Shown: one piece after another, positions 1-13,000 of the stretch
Position numbering within the stretch: the stretch's first letter is position 1
How the letters are laid out: each line of letters opens with the position of its first letter
Assembly (NCBI RefSeq): GCF_938045535.1
Contig: NZ_CALIMQ010000004.1
Coordinates: 1 to 35,595, forward strand
DNA: 35,595 nucleotides
Direction of reading: 5' to 3'
Source: an uncultured Campylobacter sp.
GTDB taxonomy: Bacteria > Campylobacterota > Campylobacteria > Campylobacterales > Campylobacteraceae
Made by a program: the position numbers and the translations under genes
The notes under the pieces: model-generated
The model's database searches: none
What the model saw: only the letters and a program-made list of their open reading frames with translations
Told to the model about the DNA's origin: nothing

Positions 1-1129
1 CTTTTACGAGATATTCGCGGATCTTTTTTTCCGCACCGCCTCTATAAAAAATGCCCGGGAAACTAACTATCGCGGCTCTGCCTTTTGCCGAAAGATAACT
101 AAGCGCGTGTAAGATAAAGGCAAAATCGGCCTTGCTTTTTGGCGCAAGAACGCCCGCAGGAGCAAATCTAGGATCGTTTATGAGCGTCGGATCGTCGCTA
201 CCGATCCAGTTGATGGAGTAAGGAGGATTTGAAACGATAGCGTCAAAAGGCCTATCGTCGCTAAGCTTTGGATCTAGTAGCGTATCGCCGAGCTCTATGT
301 GAAATTTAGAGTAATTAACGTTGTGTAAAAACATATTCATACGCGCCAGGTTGTATGTCGTGTGATTTATCTCCTGGCCAAAAAATCCATCCTCGACCTC
401 ATGTTTGTCAAAACGCTTTTTAGCCTGCAAAAGTAGTGAACCAGAACCGCATGCCGGATCGTAAATTTTATTTACGCGCTCTTGTTCGTGCATGGCAAGT
501 GCGGCGATGAGCTTTGAGACATTTTGCGGAGTGAAAAACTCGCCGCCGGATTTGCCTGCATTCGCGGCATAGTTCGAGATAAGAAACTCGTATGCGTCGC
601 CAAAAAGATCAATATGGTTGTCCTTAAAATCGCCAAAATCAAGCTCGGCCACGCCTTTTAAAACCGCTGCGAGTCGCCTGTTTTTCTCTGTAACACTATT
701 TCCTAAACGGTTGCTAGTAGTATCAAAATCGGCAAAAAGCCCCTTTATGTCCTGCTCTGACTCATACCCGGATGCCGAACCTTCGATACTTTTAAAAATT
801 TGATCTAAATCGGTATTTAAATTTGCGTTATTGTCGGCATTTTTTACGACGTTTTTAAATAACTGACTAGGGTATATAAAATATCCCTTCGTAACAATAG
901 TATCATGCTTGATCGCATCAAGGACCGGCGAATCGTCGGGCAAGCTTGCGTAGTCAAAATCACCGTCGTCGCCCTCTATATAATCCGTAAAATTTTCGCT
1001 AATATATCTATAAAACAACGTACCTAGGACGTATTGCTTAAAGTCCCAGCCGTCAACAGCGCCTCTTACTTCATTTGCAATACTCCAAATTTGGTTTTGC
1101 AAGGCCTTGCGTTGTGTCTCTTCGCTCAT
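1..1129 (-). CDS. hsdM: Type I restriction-modification system methyltransferase subunit (HsdM), runs off the left edge of the window
   Basis: Not in the ORF track; translated manually from ATG at 1129 (SD AGGAG): [45 protein letters not shown]...[10 protein letters not shown]...[12 protein letters not shown] (SAM-binding motif I)...VSNPPYS (N6-MTase catalytic motif IV). Confidence 0.95.
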   Translation of the reverse strand, partial: MSEETQRKALQNQIWSIANEVRGAVDGWDFKQYVLGTLFYRYISENFTDYIEGDDGDFDYASLPDDSPVLDAIKHDTIVTKGYFIYPSQLFKNVVKNADNNANLNTDLDQIFKSIEGSASGYESEQDIKGLFADFDTTSNRLGNSVTEKNRRLAAVLKGVAELDFGDFKDNHIDLFGDAYEFLISNYAANAGKSGGEFFTPQNVSKLIAALAMHEQERVNKIYDPACGSGSLLLQAKKRFDKHEVEDGFFGQEINHTTYNLARMNMFLHNVNYSKFHIELGDTLLDPKLSDDRPFDAIVSNPPYSINWIGSDDPTLINDPRFAPAGVLAPKSKADFAFILHALSYLSAKGRAAIVSFPGIFYRGGAEKKIREYLVK

Positions 1130-1271
1130 TTAATAGTATCTCCTAAATTTTTTATGCATATAAAATAAGAATGTTGTCGGTAAACTTCCGCATCCCATAC
1201 TTTAAATTTAGCGACAAAATTTACTTTCTAAAATTTTATTACCACAAAATACTAATGGAAGCCTGCTCGCG

Positions 1272-4200
1272 CTACCTGCCGCTTAGATACTCCTGTAGCG
1301 TTTTAACTTCGAGCGCGGAGTCGTCCTTTATCGAGCAGATCGAGCGCGTAGCGGCGATCGCCGCCTTCATCGTCGTAAAATACGGCAGCCTAAAGCGCAG
1401 CACACTCTGGCGGATCTTCGCGGCGTCGGTAGAGTTTGATTTACTATCGCTGGTGTTGATGACGAGCGAAATTTCGCCGTTTTTGAGCTTGTCCTCGATA
1501 TTTGGGCGACCCTCGCTGATTTTATAGACAAACTCGCACTCCACGCCGTTTTCGCCCAGTAGCTTGTGAGTGCCGCTCGTAGCTGCGATGCTAAAGCCCG
1601 CGCCCGTAAGTGCGCGTGCAAGCTCTACGGCTCGCAGCTTGTCGTGATCTGCGAGCGACAAAAATACCTTGCCACCGCTTGGAAGTGCGTTGCTTGCGCC
1701 GATTTGCGATTTAGCAAAGCTTTTGGCGAAATTTTCGCCGATACCCATCACCTCGCCGGTGCTTTTCATCTCAGGCCCTAGTATCAGATCCGCGCCCGTA
1801 AGTTTGTTGAAAGGAAAGACGCTCTCTTTGACGCAGATATGGTTTTTAATACGCGGCTTTAAAATTCCCTTCTCTTCGATCAGCACGCCGAATTCGTCGT
1901 AAAATTTCAAAGCCTCGCGCAGACCCCCTTGCCACATTACGCGAGTAGCGACCTTTGCCATCGGAATTCCGGTCGCCTTGCTTACAAACGGAACGGTGCG
2001 GCTCGCGCGCGGATTTACCTCGATGATGTAAAGCTCGTTTTCAAAAATAGCGAATTGAATATTCATAAGCCCCACGACGCCGAGATTTAACGCGATCTCT
2101 TTGGTTTGGCGGCTTACCAGATCGATCATCTCCGCGCTTAGGCTAAGCGGCGGTAATATGCTCGCGCTATCGCCGCTGTGAATGCCCGCCTCTTCGATAT
2201 GCTCCATTATCGCGCCGATATACACGTCGCGCCCGTCGCAGATCGCATCGACATCAAGCTCGGTCGCGTCAAGTAAAAATTTATCTATAAGCACCGGCGA
2301 ATGATCGCTCACGCGCACCGCCTCGCTCATATACTGCCTAAGCTCGGCTTCGTTATGTACGCGCCGCATCGCGCGACCCCCGAGCACGTAGCTAGGGCGT
2401 ACGAGTACGGGATAACCGATCGCAGCGGCCTTTTCGATCGCTTCTGCCTCGCTTACGGCGGTATCGTTTTTCGGCTGCTTAACGCCGATACTTGCGATGA
2501 ACTCGCTAAATTTTTTGCGGTCTTCCGCTACGTCTATCGTGCGCGCACTCGTGCCGATGATCTTGGCTCCCACGGTGCTTAGTCGTTTGGCGAGCTTTAA
2601 CGGAGTTTGGCCGCCGAAATGCACGATCACGCCGTCCGGGCTTTCAGCCTCGATGACCGCTCTAACGTGCTCGAAATCGATCGGCTCGAAGTATAAAATA
2701 TCACTCGTGTCGTAGTCGGTGCTGACGGTTTCGGGGTTGCAGTTATACATTATCGTGGTGATGCCCATATCGCGCAGAGCGTAGCTGGCGTGCACGCAGC
2801 AGTAGTCAAACTCGATGCCCTGCCCGATGCGGTTCGGACCGCCGCCGATAATGAGGACCTTTTTATTATCTTTTGAAATTTTATGGCTTGCGATGGCGGG
2901 AGTTATGTTGGTGCTGGAGTACAGATACGGAGTAAGCGCCGCGAACTCGCCCGCACAGGTATCTACTTCGTTGTATTCAAGATCGATACCCTGTCTGGCG
3001 CAGGCAAAATGGATGTCGTTTTGCGTAAGGCCTAGATTGTCCTTTTTGTTGATTAAATTTGCGATCATCTTATCGCTAAAGCCCCAACTCTTGGCCTGTC
3101 TTAGAAGCGCCGCGTCGTTGATGATCTCCATATCGATGCGCTCTTCAAATTTTACGATCTGCTCGATCTGGCTCAAAAACCAGCGATCGATCTTGCTAAG
3201 CTCGTAAATTTGATCCACGCTCATACCCGCTCTAAAGCCCTGAGCGATATATAAAATTCTATCTTGTTGCGCATTGCGAAGCCCGAAGATGAGATCCTTT
3301 TCGCTCAAATTTAGCTCCACGAAGCCGAAGTAGCCCTTCTCCAGCGAACACAGCGCCTTTTGGATGCTCTCTTTAAAGCTGCGCCCGATCGCCATCACCT
3401 CGCCGATACTCTTCATCGCAGTGCCGAGATACGGGTTTGCGCCGGGGAATTTTTCAAACGCAAAGCGCGGAATTTTAGTCACGATATAATCGATTACCGG
3501 CTCGAAGCTCGCAGGCGTGCCAGTGATATCGTTTTTAATCTCATCCAGGCTAAAGCCCACAGCTAACATCGTAGCGACCTTGGCGATCGGATAGCCCGTG
3601 GCTTTAGACGCAAGAGCCGAACTGCGGCTTACGCGCGGGTTCATCTCGATGACGATCATCCGCCCCGTTTGCGGATTTACCGCAAACTGCACGTTTGAGC
3701 CGCCCGTATCTACGCCGATCTCGCGTAAAATTTTAAAACTCGCGTCGCGCATCGCTTGGTATTCTTTATCGGTAAGCGTAAGAGCGGGCGCAACCGTGAT
3801 GCTATCGCCCGTATGCACCCCCATCGGGTCGAAATTTTCGATCGAGCAGACGATGATGCAATTATCCTTATGATCGCGGATCACCTCCATTTCGAACTCT
3901 TTCCATCCAAGCAGGCTCTCTTCGATCAAAATTTCATTTATCGGGCTCACGTCTAGCCCGTTTTGCGCGACCTCTTTAAACTCATCGATATTATACGCTA
4001 CGCCGCTGCCTGCGCCGCCTAGGGTGTAGCTAGCGCGGATAATGAGCGGAAAGCCGATCTCATTTGCCGCAGCCATCGCCTCTTCGATATTGTAGGCGTA
4101 TTTGGATTTAGGCAGATCCATTCCGATCTTAATCATCGCTTCTTTAAATTTTACCCTATCCTCGCCCTTTTTGATCGCTTCAGGGTTGGCACCTAGAAAT

Positions 4201-4535
4201 TTCACCCCCGCTAGTTCGCCGCTTTCGTAAGCCTGCATCGCGACGTTTAGCGCGACCTGTCCACCCATCGTAGGTAGGATCGCATCGACGCCCTCGCGCT
4301 TTATGATACGCAAAATGCTCTCTTTGGTGATCGGCTCGATATAGGTGGCGTCGGCAAAATCGGGATCGGTCATAATGGTAGCGGGGTTAGAGTTTATTAG
4401 CACTACGCGGTATCCGAGGCTCTTTAGCGTCTTAGCCGCCTGCGTGCCGCTGTAATCGAACTCGCACGCCTGGCCGATTACGATCGGACCGCTACCGATC
4501 AGCAAAATCGTCTTAATATCATCTCTTTTGGGCAT
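1272..4535 (-). CDS. carB: Carbamoyl-phosphate synthase large subunit
   Basis: [31 protein letters not shown]-terminus, duplicated ATP-grasp halves ([20 protein letters not shown]), C-terminal MGS domain; the ATG at 4535 overlaps the mreC stop (TGATG). Confidence 0.98.
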   Translation of the reverse strand: MPKRDDIKTILLIGSGPIVIGQACEFDYSGTQAAKTLKSLGYRVVLINSNPATIMTDPDFADATYIEPITKESILRIIKREGVDAILPTMGGQVALNVAMQAYESGELAGVKFLGANPEAIKKGEDRVKFKEAMIKIGMDLPKSKYAYNIEEAMAAANEIGFPLIIRASYTLGGAGSGVAYNIDEFKEVAQNGLDVSPINEILIEESLLGWKEFEMEVIRDHKDNCIIVCSIENFDPMGVHTGDSITVAPALTLTDKEYQAMRDASFKILREIGVDTGGSNVQFAVNPQTGRMIVIEMNPRVSRSSALASKATGYPIAKVATMLAVGFSLDEIKNDITGTPASFEPVIDYIVTKIPRFAFEKFPGANPYLGTAMKSIGEVMAIGRSFKESIQKALCSLEKGYFGFVELNLSEKDLIFGLRNAQQDRILYIAQGFRAGMSVDQIYELSKIDRWFLSQIEQIVKFEERIDMEIINDAALLRQAKSWGFSDKMIANLINKKDNLGLTQNDIHFACARQGIDLEYNEVDTCAGEFAALTPYLYSSTNITPAIASHKISKDNKKVLIIGGGPNRIGQGIEFDYCCVHASYALRDMGITTIMYNCNPETVSTDYDTSDILYFEPIDFEHVRAVIEAESPDGVIVHFGGQTPLKLAKRLSTVGAKIIGTSARTIDVAEDRKKFSEFIASIGVKQPKNDTAVSEAEAIEKAAAIGYPVLVRPSYVLGGRAMRRVHNEAELRQYMSEAVRVSDHSPVLIDKFLLDATELDVDAICDGRDVYIGAIMEHIEEAGIHSGDSASILPPLSLSAEMIDLVSRQTKEIALNLGVVGLMNIQFAIFENELYIIEVNPRASRTVPFVSKATGIPMAKVATRVMWQGGLREALKFYDEFGVLIEEKGILKPRIKNHICVKESVFPFNKLTGADLILGPEMKSTGEVMGIGENFAKSFAKSQIGASNALPSGGKVFLSLADHDKLRAVELARALTGAGFSIAATSGTHKLLGENGVECEFVYKISEGRPNIEDKLKNGEISLVINTSDSKSNSTDAAKIRQSVLRFRLPYFTTMKAAIAATRSICSIKDDSALEVKTLQEYLSGR

Positions 4536-5284
4536 CAATTTTCCTTTGTAACGACATACAAAAACGCCGGCATCTCGGAGCTCACGTAGGGCTCTACGAC
4601 GGCGCTTTTGTATAGCTTCCCGTTTTGAATTTCTTTAACCTTTCCTACCGGCACGCCGGCAAAAAAAATCCCGTCCTTGCCGCTGGTAAGTACCTCATCA
4701 CCTACCTTGGGATCGAGCCATTGCGGGATGTATCTAACTACGAGCTCGTTATTTTCGCCGCCTGCGACGCCAGGAATTTGAGTATCTCCTATGAAAACGG
4801 AGAAGTTGCTCTTTTCGTCGCGCTGTAAGATCGCAAGAGGACGCCCGTCTTTATTTACTAAAATTCCCGCGGTCTTGCCCTCGCTGATGAGGCCGTAAAT
4901 TTTGTTTGGGTTAAAATTTTCAAAATTTACGAAGAATTTGTTGTAGTCATTTAGATTTGCATAGCTCAACGCCTTTACGAGCTGAACTTTGGGCTCATAA
5001 ACAGAGCTATTTTTATCGATCAAGATTTTATTCAGCTCGCCCGCGAACGTACTAAGCAGCATCGCCGATTTTTTTAGCTCTGCGTTTTCTTCTCGTAGAG
5101 CTTTGATCGTCTCTGCCTGGTTAAAATGCTCGTTCACAGCGCTTTTTACCCGATCACTCACGCCGTAATAAACCTCTAAAATTCCTCCTGCAAATCCGAT
5201 AAATTTGCCGTGGATATACGAGCCGAACGTAAGCGAAACGGCTACCAGCAAAACCGCGACGAGGAGGAGTTTGAGATTAGTCAT
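4535..5284 (-). CDS. mreC: Rod shape-determining protein MreC
   Basis: N-terminal TM helix, coiled coil ([10 protein letters not shown]), [22 protein letters not shown] motif; directly downstream of mreB. Confidence 0.95.
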   Translation of the reverse strand: MTNLKLLLVAVLLVAVSLTFGSYIHGKFIGFAGGILEVYYGVSDRVKSAVNEHFNQAETIKALREENAELKKSAMLLSTFAGELNKILIDKNSSVYEPKVQLVKALSYANLNDYNKFFVNFENFNPNKIYGLISEGKTAGILVNKDGRPLAILQRDEKSNFSVFIGDTQIPGVAGGENNELVVRYIPQWLDPKVGDEVLTSGKDGIFFAGVPVGKVKEIQNGKLYKSAVVEPYVSSEMPAFLYVVTKEN

Positions 5285-6311
5285 TTGCCGCTTGTTTTAG
5301 CGATTTGATCTCTTCTAGGGCTTTTCCCGTGCCGTTTGCGACGCAAAGCAGCGGCTCGTCCGCGACGAAAACCGGAAGCTTTACGGTGTCGCTTAGATAC
5401 TTATCCAATCCGCGAATGAGCGCGCCGCCGCCCGTTAGCACGACGCCGTTTTCGACGATATCGGCGGCAACTTCTGGCTGAATGCTCTCAAGGACAAATT
5501 TTAACGCGTCCGCAATCTCTCTGATCGAGTCTTTGATCGCCTCTCTAACGTCCTCACTCGTAAGATCGACCGAGCTTAAAAGCCCGCTGATCTGGTCTTT
5601 TCCTTTGACCGTGTAGGTAAGATCTTTTTGCTGTTGCACCGCCGTACCGATCTTGATCTTAATCTCCTCGGCCGCACGCTCCGAAATAAGCAGGCTATAT
5701 TTTTCTTTGACGTAGTTAACGATGCTAGCGTCGATCTTATCGCCCGCGACGCGAACGGATTTGGCGCTGATGATGCCGCCTAGCGAGATGACGCCGATCT
5801 CGGTGGTACCGCCGCCAATATCCACGACCAGCGAGCCGCGCGCTTCATTTACGGGAAGTCCCGCACCGATCGCTGCAGCCATCGGCTCTTCGATTAGATA
5901 AACCTCACGCGCGCCCGCTATCATCGCGCTTTCTCGCACGGCTTTGCGCTCGACCTGAGTTAGCCCGTAAGGAACCGAGATGATGATGCGCGGACTTACG
6001 AAAAAGCGGCGCTTGTGGGTCTTTTCGATGAAATACCTAATCATCTTCTCCGTCATATCAAAATCCGCGATAACGCCGTCCTTCATCGGGCGCACCGCTT
6101 CGATATCACCAGGAGTGCGCCCAAGCATCTCTTTGGCTTCGGCGCCCACAGCGATGATTCTTTGCTTGCCGTAGCGTTCGTTTTGTACAGCGACGACGCT
6201 CGGCTCGTTGATGATGATGCCTTTATCTTTTAGCAGCACAAGCGTGTTTGCCGTGCCTAGATCAATACCCATATCCCTAGAAAATAATCCTAGAATCGAA
6301 TCAAGTAACAT
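5277..6311 (-). CDS. mreB: Rod shape-determining protein MreB
   Basis: DMGIDLGTANT, IEEPMAAAIGAG, VVDIGGGTTE, LTGGGAL actin-like motifs. Confidence 0.98.
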   Translation of the reverse strand: MLLDSILGLFSRDMGIDLGTANTLVLLKDKGIIINEPSVVAVQNERYGKQRIIAVGAEAKEMLGRTPGDIEAVRPMKDGVIADFDMTEKMIRYFIEKTHKRRFFVSPRIIISVPYGLTQVERKAVRESAMIAGAREVYLIEEPMAAAIGAGLPVNEARGSLVVDIGGGTTEIGVISLGGIISAKSVRVAGDKIDASIVNYVKEKYSLLISERAAEEIKIKIGTAVQQQKDLTYTVKGKDQISGLLSSVDLTSEDVREAIKDSIREIADALKFVLESIQPEVAADIVENGVVLTGGGALIRGLDKYLSDTVKLPVFVADEPLLCVANGTGKALEEIKSLKQAAND

Positions 6312-6320
6312 TTATCCCCT

Positions 6321-7559
6321 TTATGCAGTTAAATTTTGTTTTACAAGTATCGGCTTAGAGACGCCGTCTACGACCTCTTTCGAGATGATAACGTCATAGC
6401 CCTTAAGCTCAGGCAGATCGAACATAATATCGATCATGATCTCCTCGATTATGCTGCGAAGTCCGCGCGCACCGGTTTTGCGCTTTATCGCCAGGCTCGC
6501 GACCTCTCTTAGCGCGTCGTCGTCAAATTTTAAATTTGCGCCGTCTATCGCAAAGAGCTTTTGATATTGTTTTAAGATCGCGTTTTTCGGCTCGGTTAAA
6601 ATTCTAACCATCGCCTTTTCGTCAATCTCGTTTAGCGTAGCCACTACGTGCAAGCGCCCGATGAGCTCGGGGATTATACCGTAATGCACCAAATCGTCGG
6701 CCTCGACCATGTTTAGTAAATTTAAACTCTCTTTTTTACTGCGCTTGGTTTGGTTAAACCCTAACACGTTCTGCCCGATGCGGCGGTTGATGATCTCGTT
6801 TAGCCCGTCGAACGCGCCACCGCAGACGAACAAAATATTTGTCGTATCGATCTGGATGAAGTCCTGATTTGGATGCTTGCGGCCGCCCTTCGGCGGGATA
6901 TTTACGACGCTTCCTTCGATGATCTTAAGCAGCGCTTGTTGTACACCTTCGCCGCTTACGTCGCGTGTGATGCTGCGATTTTCGCTCATTCGCGCGATCT
7001 TATCGATCTCGTCTACGAATACGATACCGCGCTGCGCCTTTTCTACGTCGCCATCCGCGGCCTGTAAAAGGCGGGTGAGGATATTTTCTACGTCCTCGCC
7101 GACGTAACCCGCTTCAGTTAGGCTCGTAGCGTCGCTAATGGCGATCGGCACGTCCAAAAATCGCGCCAAGGTCTGCGCCATAAGCGTCTTACCGCTGCCG
7201 GTAGGCCCGATAAGCAAGATATTTGATTTTGAAATTTCGGTATCGTCGCCCTTTGCGTCGGTCTGCCTGAAAATTCTTTTATAGTGGTTGTAAACGCCGA
7301 CGCTAAAAATTTTCTTAGCGCGCTCCTGGCCGATGACGTAGCGGTTTAGAACCTCCATCAGCGCCTTTGGCTTGATGGCCTCGAAATCGATCTCTTTGTT
7401 TTGATTTTGTACCGCCTCATTTTGGCCCTCGCTGCCGTGGATAGCGGCATATGCCATATCGATACAATAGCTGCAGATAGCCGCCGTACCGTCGTCGTTA
7501 GGATAGATACGACGCCCGTCCGCGCCCGTTTCACCGCAAAAACTGCACTTATTTGCCAT
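6321..7559 (-). CDS. clpX: ATP-dependent Clp protease ATP-binding subunit ClpX
   Basis: CSFC...CSYC zinc finger, GPTGSGKT Walker A, DEIDK Walker [29 protein letters not shown]. Confidence 0.98.
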   Translation of the reverse strand: MANKCSFCGETGADGRRIYPNDDGTAAICSYCIDMAYAAIHGSEGQNEAVQNQNKEIDFEAIKPKALMEVLNRYVIGQERAKKIFSVGVYNHYKRIFRQTDAKGDDTEISKSNILLIGPTGSGKTLMAQTLARFLDVPIAISDATSLTEAGYVGEDVENILTRLLQAADGDVEKAQRGIVFVDEIDKIARMSENRSITRDVSGEGVQQALLKIIEGSVVNIPPKGGRKHPNQDFIQIDTTNILFVCGGAFDGLNEIINRRIGQNVLGFNQTKRSKKESLNLLNMVEADDLVHYGIIPELIGRLHVVATLNEIDEKAMVRILTEPKNAILKQYQKLFAIDGANLKFDDDALREVASLAIKRKTGARGLRSIIEEIMIDIMFDLPELKGYDVIISKEVVDGVSKPILVKQNLTA

Positions 7560-8350
7560 TAAATTTTACCTTTATCTAGCGGAATTCCGCGTTTTGTGTT
7601 GATTATAAACTCGCACATCTTGCGCACGTTTTGATCGCTCGTTTCGTTTAATAAAATCTGCGCCTGCTCCTTTAAACCCCCGCCTTGGTTGAATAAAAAT
7701 TTATACGCCCGATTTATCGTCTCGACCGTCTCTTTATCGAAGCGGCGGCGGATGCCCGTTAAATTTAGCCCGCGGATATAGGCGCGATTTCCCTCGGCTA
7801 GACAAAACGGCACCACGTCCTGACTAAGCGCGCTAGCCCCTGCGATCATGCAGCTCTCGCCGATTTGGACGAACTGATGCACGGGGGTAAGCCCGCCGAT
7901 AACGGCATAATCGCCCATTACGACGTGACCTGCGAGCGTAGCGTTGTTTGCTAGGATTATGTTGCTGCCCAGCACGCAATCGTGCGCGATGTGGCAATAC
8001 GCCATTATAAAGAGATTATCGCCGATGCGCGTAAATCCGTCGCCCTTATGCGAGCCCGAGCTAATCGTGCAAAACTCGTGAATCGTAGCGTTTTTGCCGA
8101 TGACTAGCCCCGTGCGCTCGCCATCCTCAAAGCTCATATCCTGCGGAATTTCGCCCACGATCGCGTATGAAAAAATTTTAGAGTTCTCGCCGATTTGCGT
8201 ATCGCCGATGATGCGCGCGCCCTGCTTGATCGTGCAGCCGTCGCCGATTTTAGCCTGTGCGCTTATGAAAGCATACGGCTCGATCACAACCTCGGCTCCG
8301 ATCTGCGCGCCGTCCTCGATGATCGCCGTGTGGTGAACTTTAGCCATCAT
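7559..8350 (-). CDS. lpxA: UDP-N-acetylglucosamine acyltransferase LpxA
   Basis: Hexapeptide repeats, IPQD, HIAHDC, LAGHV, VHQF motifs; the start could be 8350 or 8347. Confidence 0.96.
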   Translation of the reverse strand: MMAKVHHTAIIEDGAQIGAEVVIEPYAFISAQAKIGDGCTIKQGARIIGDTQIGENSKIFSYAIVGEIPQDMSFEDGERTGLVIGKNATIHEFCTISSGSHKGDGFTRIGDNLFIMAYCHIAHDCVLGSNIILANNATLAGHVVMGDYAVIGGLTPVHQFVQIGESCMIAGASALSQDVVPFCLAEGNRAYIRGLNLTGIRRRFDKETVETINRAYKFLFNQGGGLKEQAQILLNETSDQNVRKMCEFIINTKRGIPLDKGKI

Positions 8351-8796
8351 TTATCCATTATCATCGCTTGAAGTTCAGCCTGCGCGGCCAGCGTGGCGCC
8401 GTCGTTGATGTAGGCTTCGCCCTTTAGCACCCAGATGCGTCCGCGATGTTTGATTACGCTGATACGATACTCAAGTTTGTCGCCGGGGCGGACCGGGTTT
8501 CTAAATTTAGCGTTGTCGATACTCATAAAATACACGACTTTATCGCTTAAATCGACGCCGTCTTTCTCCATGCTCTTAAACGCCAGCACGCCGCCCGCCT
8601 GCGCTAAGCCCTCGATTATCATTACGCCCGGATAGATCGGATGGCCGGGGAAGTGACCCTGAAAGATCTGCTCGTTATAGGTTACGTTTTTATAGGCTTT
8701 GATACTTTCGCCGATGCTGAGCTCTTCGACGCGATCTATCAACAAAAACGGAAAACGATGAGGTAGGATGGAGAGGATTTCGTTTATATCTATCAT
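8347..8796 (-). CDS. fabZ: 3-hydroxyacyl-ACP dehydratase FabZ
   Basis: [34 protein letters not shown] motifs. Confidence 0.97.
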   Translation of the reverse strand: MIDINEILSILPHRFPFLLIDRVEELSIGESIKAYKNVTYNEQIFQGHFPGHPIYPGVMIIEGLAQAGGVLAFKSMEKDGVDLSDKVVYFMSIDNAKFRNPVRPGDKLEYRISVIKHRGRIWVLKGEAYINDGATLAAQAELQAMIMDK

Positions 8797-8829
8797 TGAT
8801 CTGCCTTTTTTAGAAATTTTGGAATCTTA

Positions 8830-9963
8830 TCAAATTCTTACTAAAATTTCCCTAACGTCTAAAAATATGCGCGAGAGCCCGTAAATTTGAACTTTGGCGG
8901 CTCTTATCTCGTCCGTGACGATGATCGGCGAGAGCGAGCCCGCAGCGCACAGGGCGGCGCGAGTTTTATTTTGGCGCGCGAGACTCGGCGGGTTTTTTAG
9001 CATTTCGGATACGCTTTTGAAATTTGATCTTGAAATTTCGTTAAATTTCGCCATGCTTAAAATTTTAATCTCGCCCTTGTCACTGCAAAAAATTTCGCAC
9101 TCGCGCTCTATGCTAAGCTTCACGTTTTCGCGCGTAAAATGCGAGCCAAATAGTACAAACGAAGGCGCGACCTTGCCGTCAAATTTAATCCATGCGCGCA
9201 GCAGGCGGTAGTTTAAAAATCGATCGCGCAGCACGCTAAATTTCACACCTTTTTTTTCGAGCGAGCAAAGTTTTTTATAAAATTTCAACTTCTCCTCTAC
9301 CGAAGCGGGCAGGATTTGCCGATCGATAGACGACATTAGCTCGTAAATTTCGGCGCCTTGGACTAAATTTTGCTTCAAATCCGCCGTCAGACTTCCGCCA
9401 GAATTCCGCTCAGCCCTTCGCTGATCGTTCCGCTGTGCCGCAAGCGCATAGATACAGCCGCAGTAGTTTTGATGATAGAGCGCGTCTTTTTTCGCGAGCG
9501 CAAACTGCTCGTTCGTGCCGCCGTTTTTGCGAAAATCGGGCGCGATAAACTCCAGCCCGTAGCGCTCGCAAATGCGCTGCAGCGAGCTGCAAAGCTGAGA
9601 GTGCGATTTTTTGGGGCTCATTAGAAGCGTCGTAGTGATTTTGCGCTCGCCCAAACTTAGCGCGAGCTCGGCCGTTTTTTGCATGCGAAAATCAAAGCAA
9701 AACTCGCAGCGCGCGCCTTTCTCGGGCTCGTTTTCAAGCCCGCGCGCACCGTCTAGCCAGCCCTGCAAATCATACTCGCCCGGGATAAATTTAATCCCTA
9801 AATTCTCGCAAACCCGCTTCGCGTCGTGCATTCTAAGAACGTATTCGCCATAGGGGTGGATGTTGGGATCATAAAAATAGCCTATTAGCGGCTCTTGCGC
9901 GAGCTCTTTTAAGCGGCGCAAAAAATAATCGCAATCGACCGAGCAGCAGATGTGGACCAGCAA
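8830..9963 (-). CDS. queH: Epoxyqueuosine reductase QueH (DUF208), long epsilonproteobacterial form
   Basis: LVHICCSVD, YDPNIHP, EPEKGARCEFCF, YHQNYCGC motifs; TTG start with AAAGGG SD. Confidence 0.9.
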   Translation of the reverse strand: MLVHICCSVDCDYFLRRLKELAQEPLIGYFYDPNIHPYGEYVLRMHDAKRVCENLGIKFIPGEYDLQGWLDGARGLENEPEKGARCEFCFDFRMQKTAELALSLGERKITTTLLMSPKKSHSQLCSSLQRICERYGLEFIAPDFRKNGGTNEQFALAKKDALYHQNYCGCIYALAAQRNDQRRAERNSGGSLTADLKQNLVQGAEIYELMSSIDRQILPASVEEKLKFYKKLCSLEKKGVKFSVLRDRFLNYRLLRAWIKFDGKVAPSFVLFGSHFTRENVKLSIERECEIFCSDKGEIKILSMAKFNEISRSNFKSVSEMLKNPPSLARQNKTRAALCAAGSLSPIIVTDEIRAAKVQIYGLSRIFLDVREILVRI

Positions 9964-9990
9964 ATTTTAACCCTTTGCACGAAATTTTTG

Positions 9991-10002
9991 GATATAATTT
10001 TA
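9991..10002. promoter_or_regulatory. Overlapping divergent sigma70 -10 boxes (gaTATAAT on +, TAAAAT on -)
   Basis: TATAAT at 9993-9998 fits the Campylobacter gnTAnaAT consensus; ATTTTA at 9997-10002 reads TAAAAT on the - strand; only ~65 bp separate the two start codons. Confidence 0.5.
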
Positions 10003-10028
10003 CGCTATCAAAATTAATGAGCGGAAAA

Positions 10029-13000
10029 ATGAAAAATTTTTTTATAAAACACTGGCGTAAGTTTGCTTGTGGCGTAGGTGGATTTGCGCTATTTTACGTG
10101 CTTGCGGGCTTTTTCGGCGTGCCACTTTTTATCGAAAAGGCGCTGCCTAAAATTCTAGAAGGCAAAGCGAGCTTTAGCGTGCAGGATGCCAAATTTAACC
10201 CCTTTACCTACGAGCTAAACGTCACCAAGCCGGAGCTTAGCACCTTTAAGCCGCTGTTTAGCGCCGATGAGATAAATTTAAAAATCGGTTTTTCGAAGCT
10301 TTTTAAAAAGACTCTCGCGGTAGAAATTTTGCACCTAAAATCGCCTAAATTCCACGTCGAGCGCGAGCAAAACGGCACCTTCAATTTCGAGCCGTTACTT
10401 TCGGAGCAAAAGAGCGAAAGCAAGGATGAAAACTCCAGCTTCAATGTCACGCTGAATAATTTTAAGATCGAGCGCGGCTCTCTGGGCTACGTCGATAACT
10501 CCCTGAAAAGGCCGTTTTCGCTCATCTCGACCGAGCTAAATTATGAGATCAACGGGCTAAATTTAAAGGACGAAACGATCGGCGAGCACGATTTAAGCGC
10601 CGTTTCGCGTACATACGACGCGCTGAGCTTCGATGGAGCTATCGACCTGGCGCCTCTTCGTCTACACGGCAAGGTAGATATCTCGCGGCTAAAAATTGAT
10701 CCGTTTTGGCTATCGTACCTCGATCCTAGCGGCGTGCGGTTTAAAAACGGCTTCTTTTCCGCTACTCTAAATTACCGATTGAGCCTTGATGAAAATATAA
10801 AATTTGCGCTTGAAAACTCAAAGCTCGAGCTGCAAAGCCTAGAAATTTTGCAAGATCAAAGCTTAATTTCGCTAGGCTCGCTGAAAATCCCGAGCTTTGA
10901 GCTGAATACGGACGTTTCGAATGAAATTTCAGGCAAAGTGGTAATCCCGCAAGTGCTAGTTTCTGGCGCAAAATACGATATGGGCGAAACCAAAATTTCC
11001 ACGGGCTTTGAGGGCGCGCGGGTCGCGGATTTTGCGCTGGATTTTAATAAAACGGGGGCAAACTTGCGGCTAAACTCCGCCGTAAAAAGCGTAGATCTAA
11101 ACCGCTCAAGCTTTGCAAACCCGCAAATTTCGGTCGTCTCAAACGATACTAAAATCACGGGAAATTTTTTAAAATTTAACGCCGAAGGTAACGATACGGC
11201 CCTTCATACGGGTTTTGGCACCTTCAGTATCGCGGATACGCAGATTACACTAGCGCGCAGCGATAAAATCTCACTCGCCACAACCGAGCTGGGCGCGTTT
11301 AGCTACGACAAGGAGGGCGTGCAAAACGGCGTAAGCCTGGAGTTTGCTAAAATTTCAAACTCCAAAATCGCAAACAAAAACGGAATTTTTAGTGGATTTG
11401 AAAGCTTCGGCGTGCAAGGGGTGAAATTTAACGTCGCGGATCTCGATCTGGGCGTGGATAAAATTTTGCTAAACGAACCGTTTTTCAACTCGGAAGTGGG
11501 CGTTAACGGCGCCAAAAGCATAAACGATCTGGCGATTTTAAGCGCGATCTCTAAAAATCACGCGAGCTTTAAAAAAACGGCGAGCGCGGGCGATGCAAAC
11601 CCGACGGATGTAAACTCTACGGCAAGCGGCGCGAATTTAAATCCTAAAAAGCCCGTCAAAAGCCCCGCTTTAAAATTTAAGATCGGCGAGGCCTCCGTAA
11701 CGGGCGCAAAGGCCAAGATCAGCGAGAGCTTTATCGTTAAAAACAACGTGCACGAGATCAAGGATTTCAGCGCCACGCTAAGCGGGCTAAGCTCAAATTT
11801 CGCCGAGCCCTTCGGCATCAAAGCAAGCCTTATCACGGGCGAAATCACCGCTAGCGCGGACGGCAAGGCTAGCATCGCGCCGCTTAACGTAGGCGTGAAC
11901 TTTAGCCTAAATGCGCCGAACTTGGGCGTCTTTAACAAATATATGGCGGAATTTATCACAGGCTCCATCGCGGGCGAGCTCGCCACGCAAGGGCAGCTGA
12001 AACTTTCAAACGCATTCTCGCTCGAAGCGAAGCTATCGGGCAAGGGCTTGGCGCTAAGCTCGGGTAGGGATAAAATTTTCTCCCTTGCATCGCTAAATGT
12101 CGCGCAAATCGCGCTGAGCCCAAACTCTCTCACGCTAAATAAGATCGCTCTTAGCTCACCCGCGGCAAATATCTCGCTAAATAAAGGCAGGCGTTTAAAT
12201 TTAACTTCGCTAATAAAGCCCGCCGCGCAGCTAAAGCAGACTGCAAAGCCCACCGAAGCTGTGCCTAGCAGACCCGCAAAAAGCAATGCAAACTTTGCGT
12301 GGAGCGTAAAAAATATCTCGCTTAACGGCGGAAGTTTAAATTTCACCGACGAGAGCCTAGCAACGCCCTTTAAACTGCGCATCAGCGATATGAAAGCAAG
12401 CATCAGCGAGATCAGCCCGAAGCGAGCGGCGGATATCAAGCTTAGCTCGCTCGTAAGCGGAAGCGGGCTAGCGAGCATCACGGCGCGCGCCTATCCGCTG
12501 GATTTTAAACGCAAAAGCGATATAAACGTCGTTTTAAAGGAGATCCCACTTGCGCCCGCATCGCCCTATACCGCCAAATATATCGGCAATGAAATCGCGG
12601 GCGGCAAGTTAAATTTAAAACTTGCCTACAAAATCGACGATGGCAAGCTAAACGCAAGCAATGATCTAAATTTAGACCGCTTCGAGCTCGGCAAAGAGGT
12701 AGCGAGCAAGGACGCGCTGAGCCTTCCGATCGGTCTAGTGGTATCGATCCTAAAGGACAGCGACGATCAGATCGATATTAGCCTGCCTCTAAGCGGCACG
12801 CTGAGCGATCCGAAATTTAGCTACGGCGCGCTGGTTTGGGGCGCGGTCAAAAAGCTGCTCTCCGACATCGTGTTAAGCCCGTTTAGATTTATGGGAAAGA
12901 TCGCGGGCGTAGATACGAAAAAGCTCGAAAGTATCGATTTTGAGGCGGCGAGCAGTGAAATTTTAATCAGCGAAAACTCTAAAATAGATGATTTAGCTAA

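Noticed and set aside
4661..4668. Homopolymer tract in mreC as a phase-variation site
   Set aside because: An A8 run in an intact core gene; Campylobacter contingency loci typically use poly-G/C of 8 or more, and none was seen.
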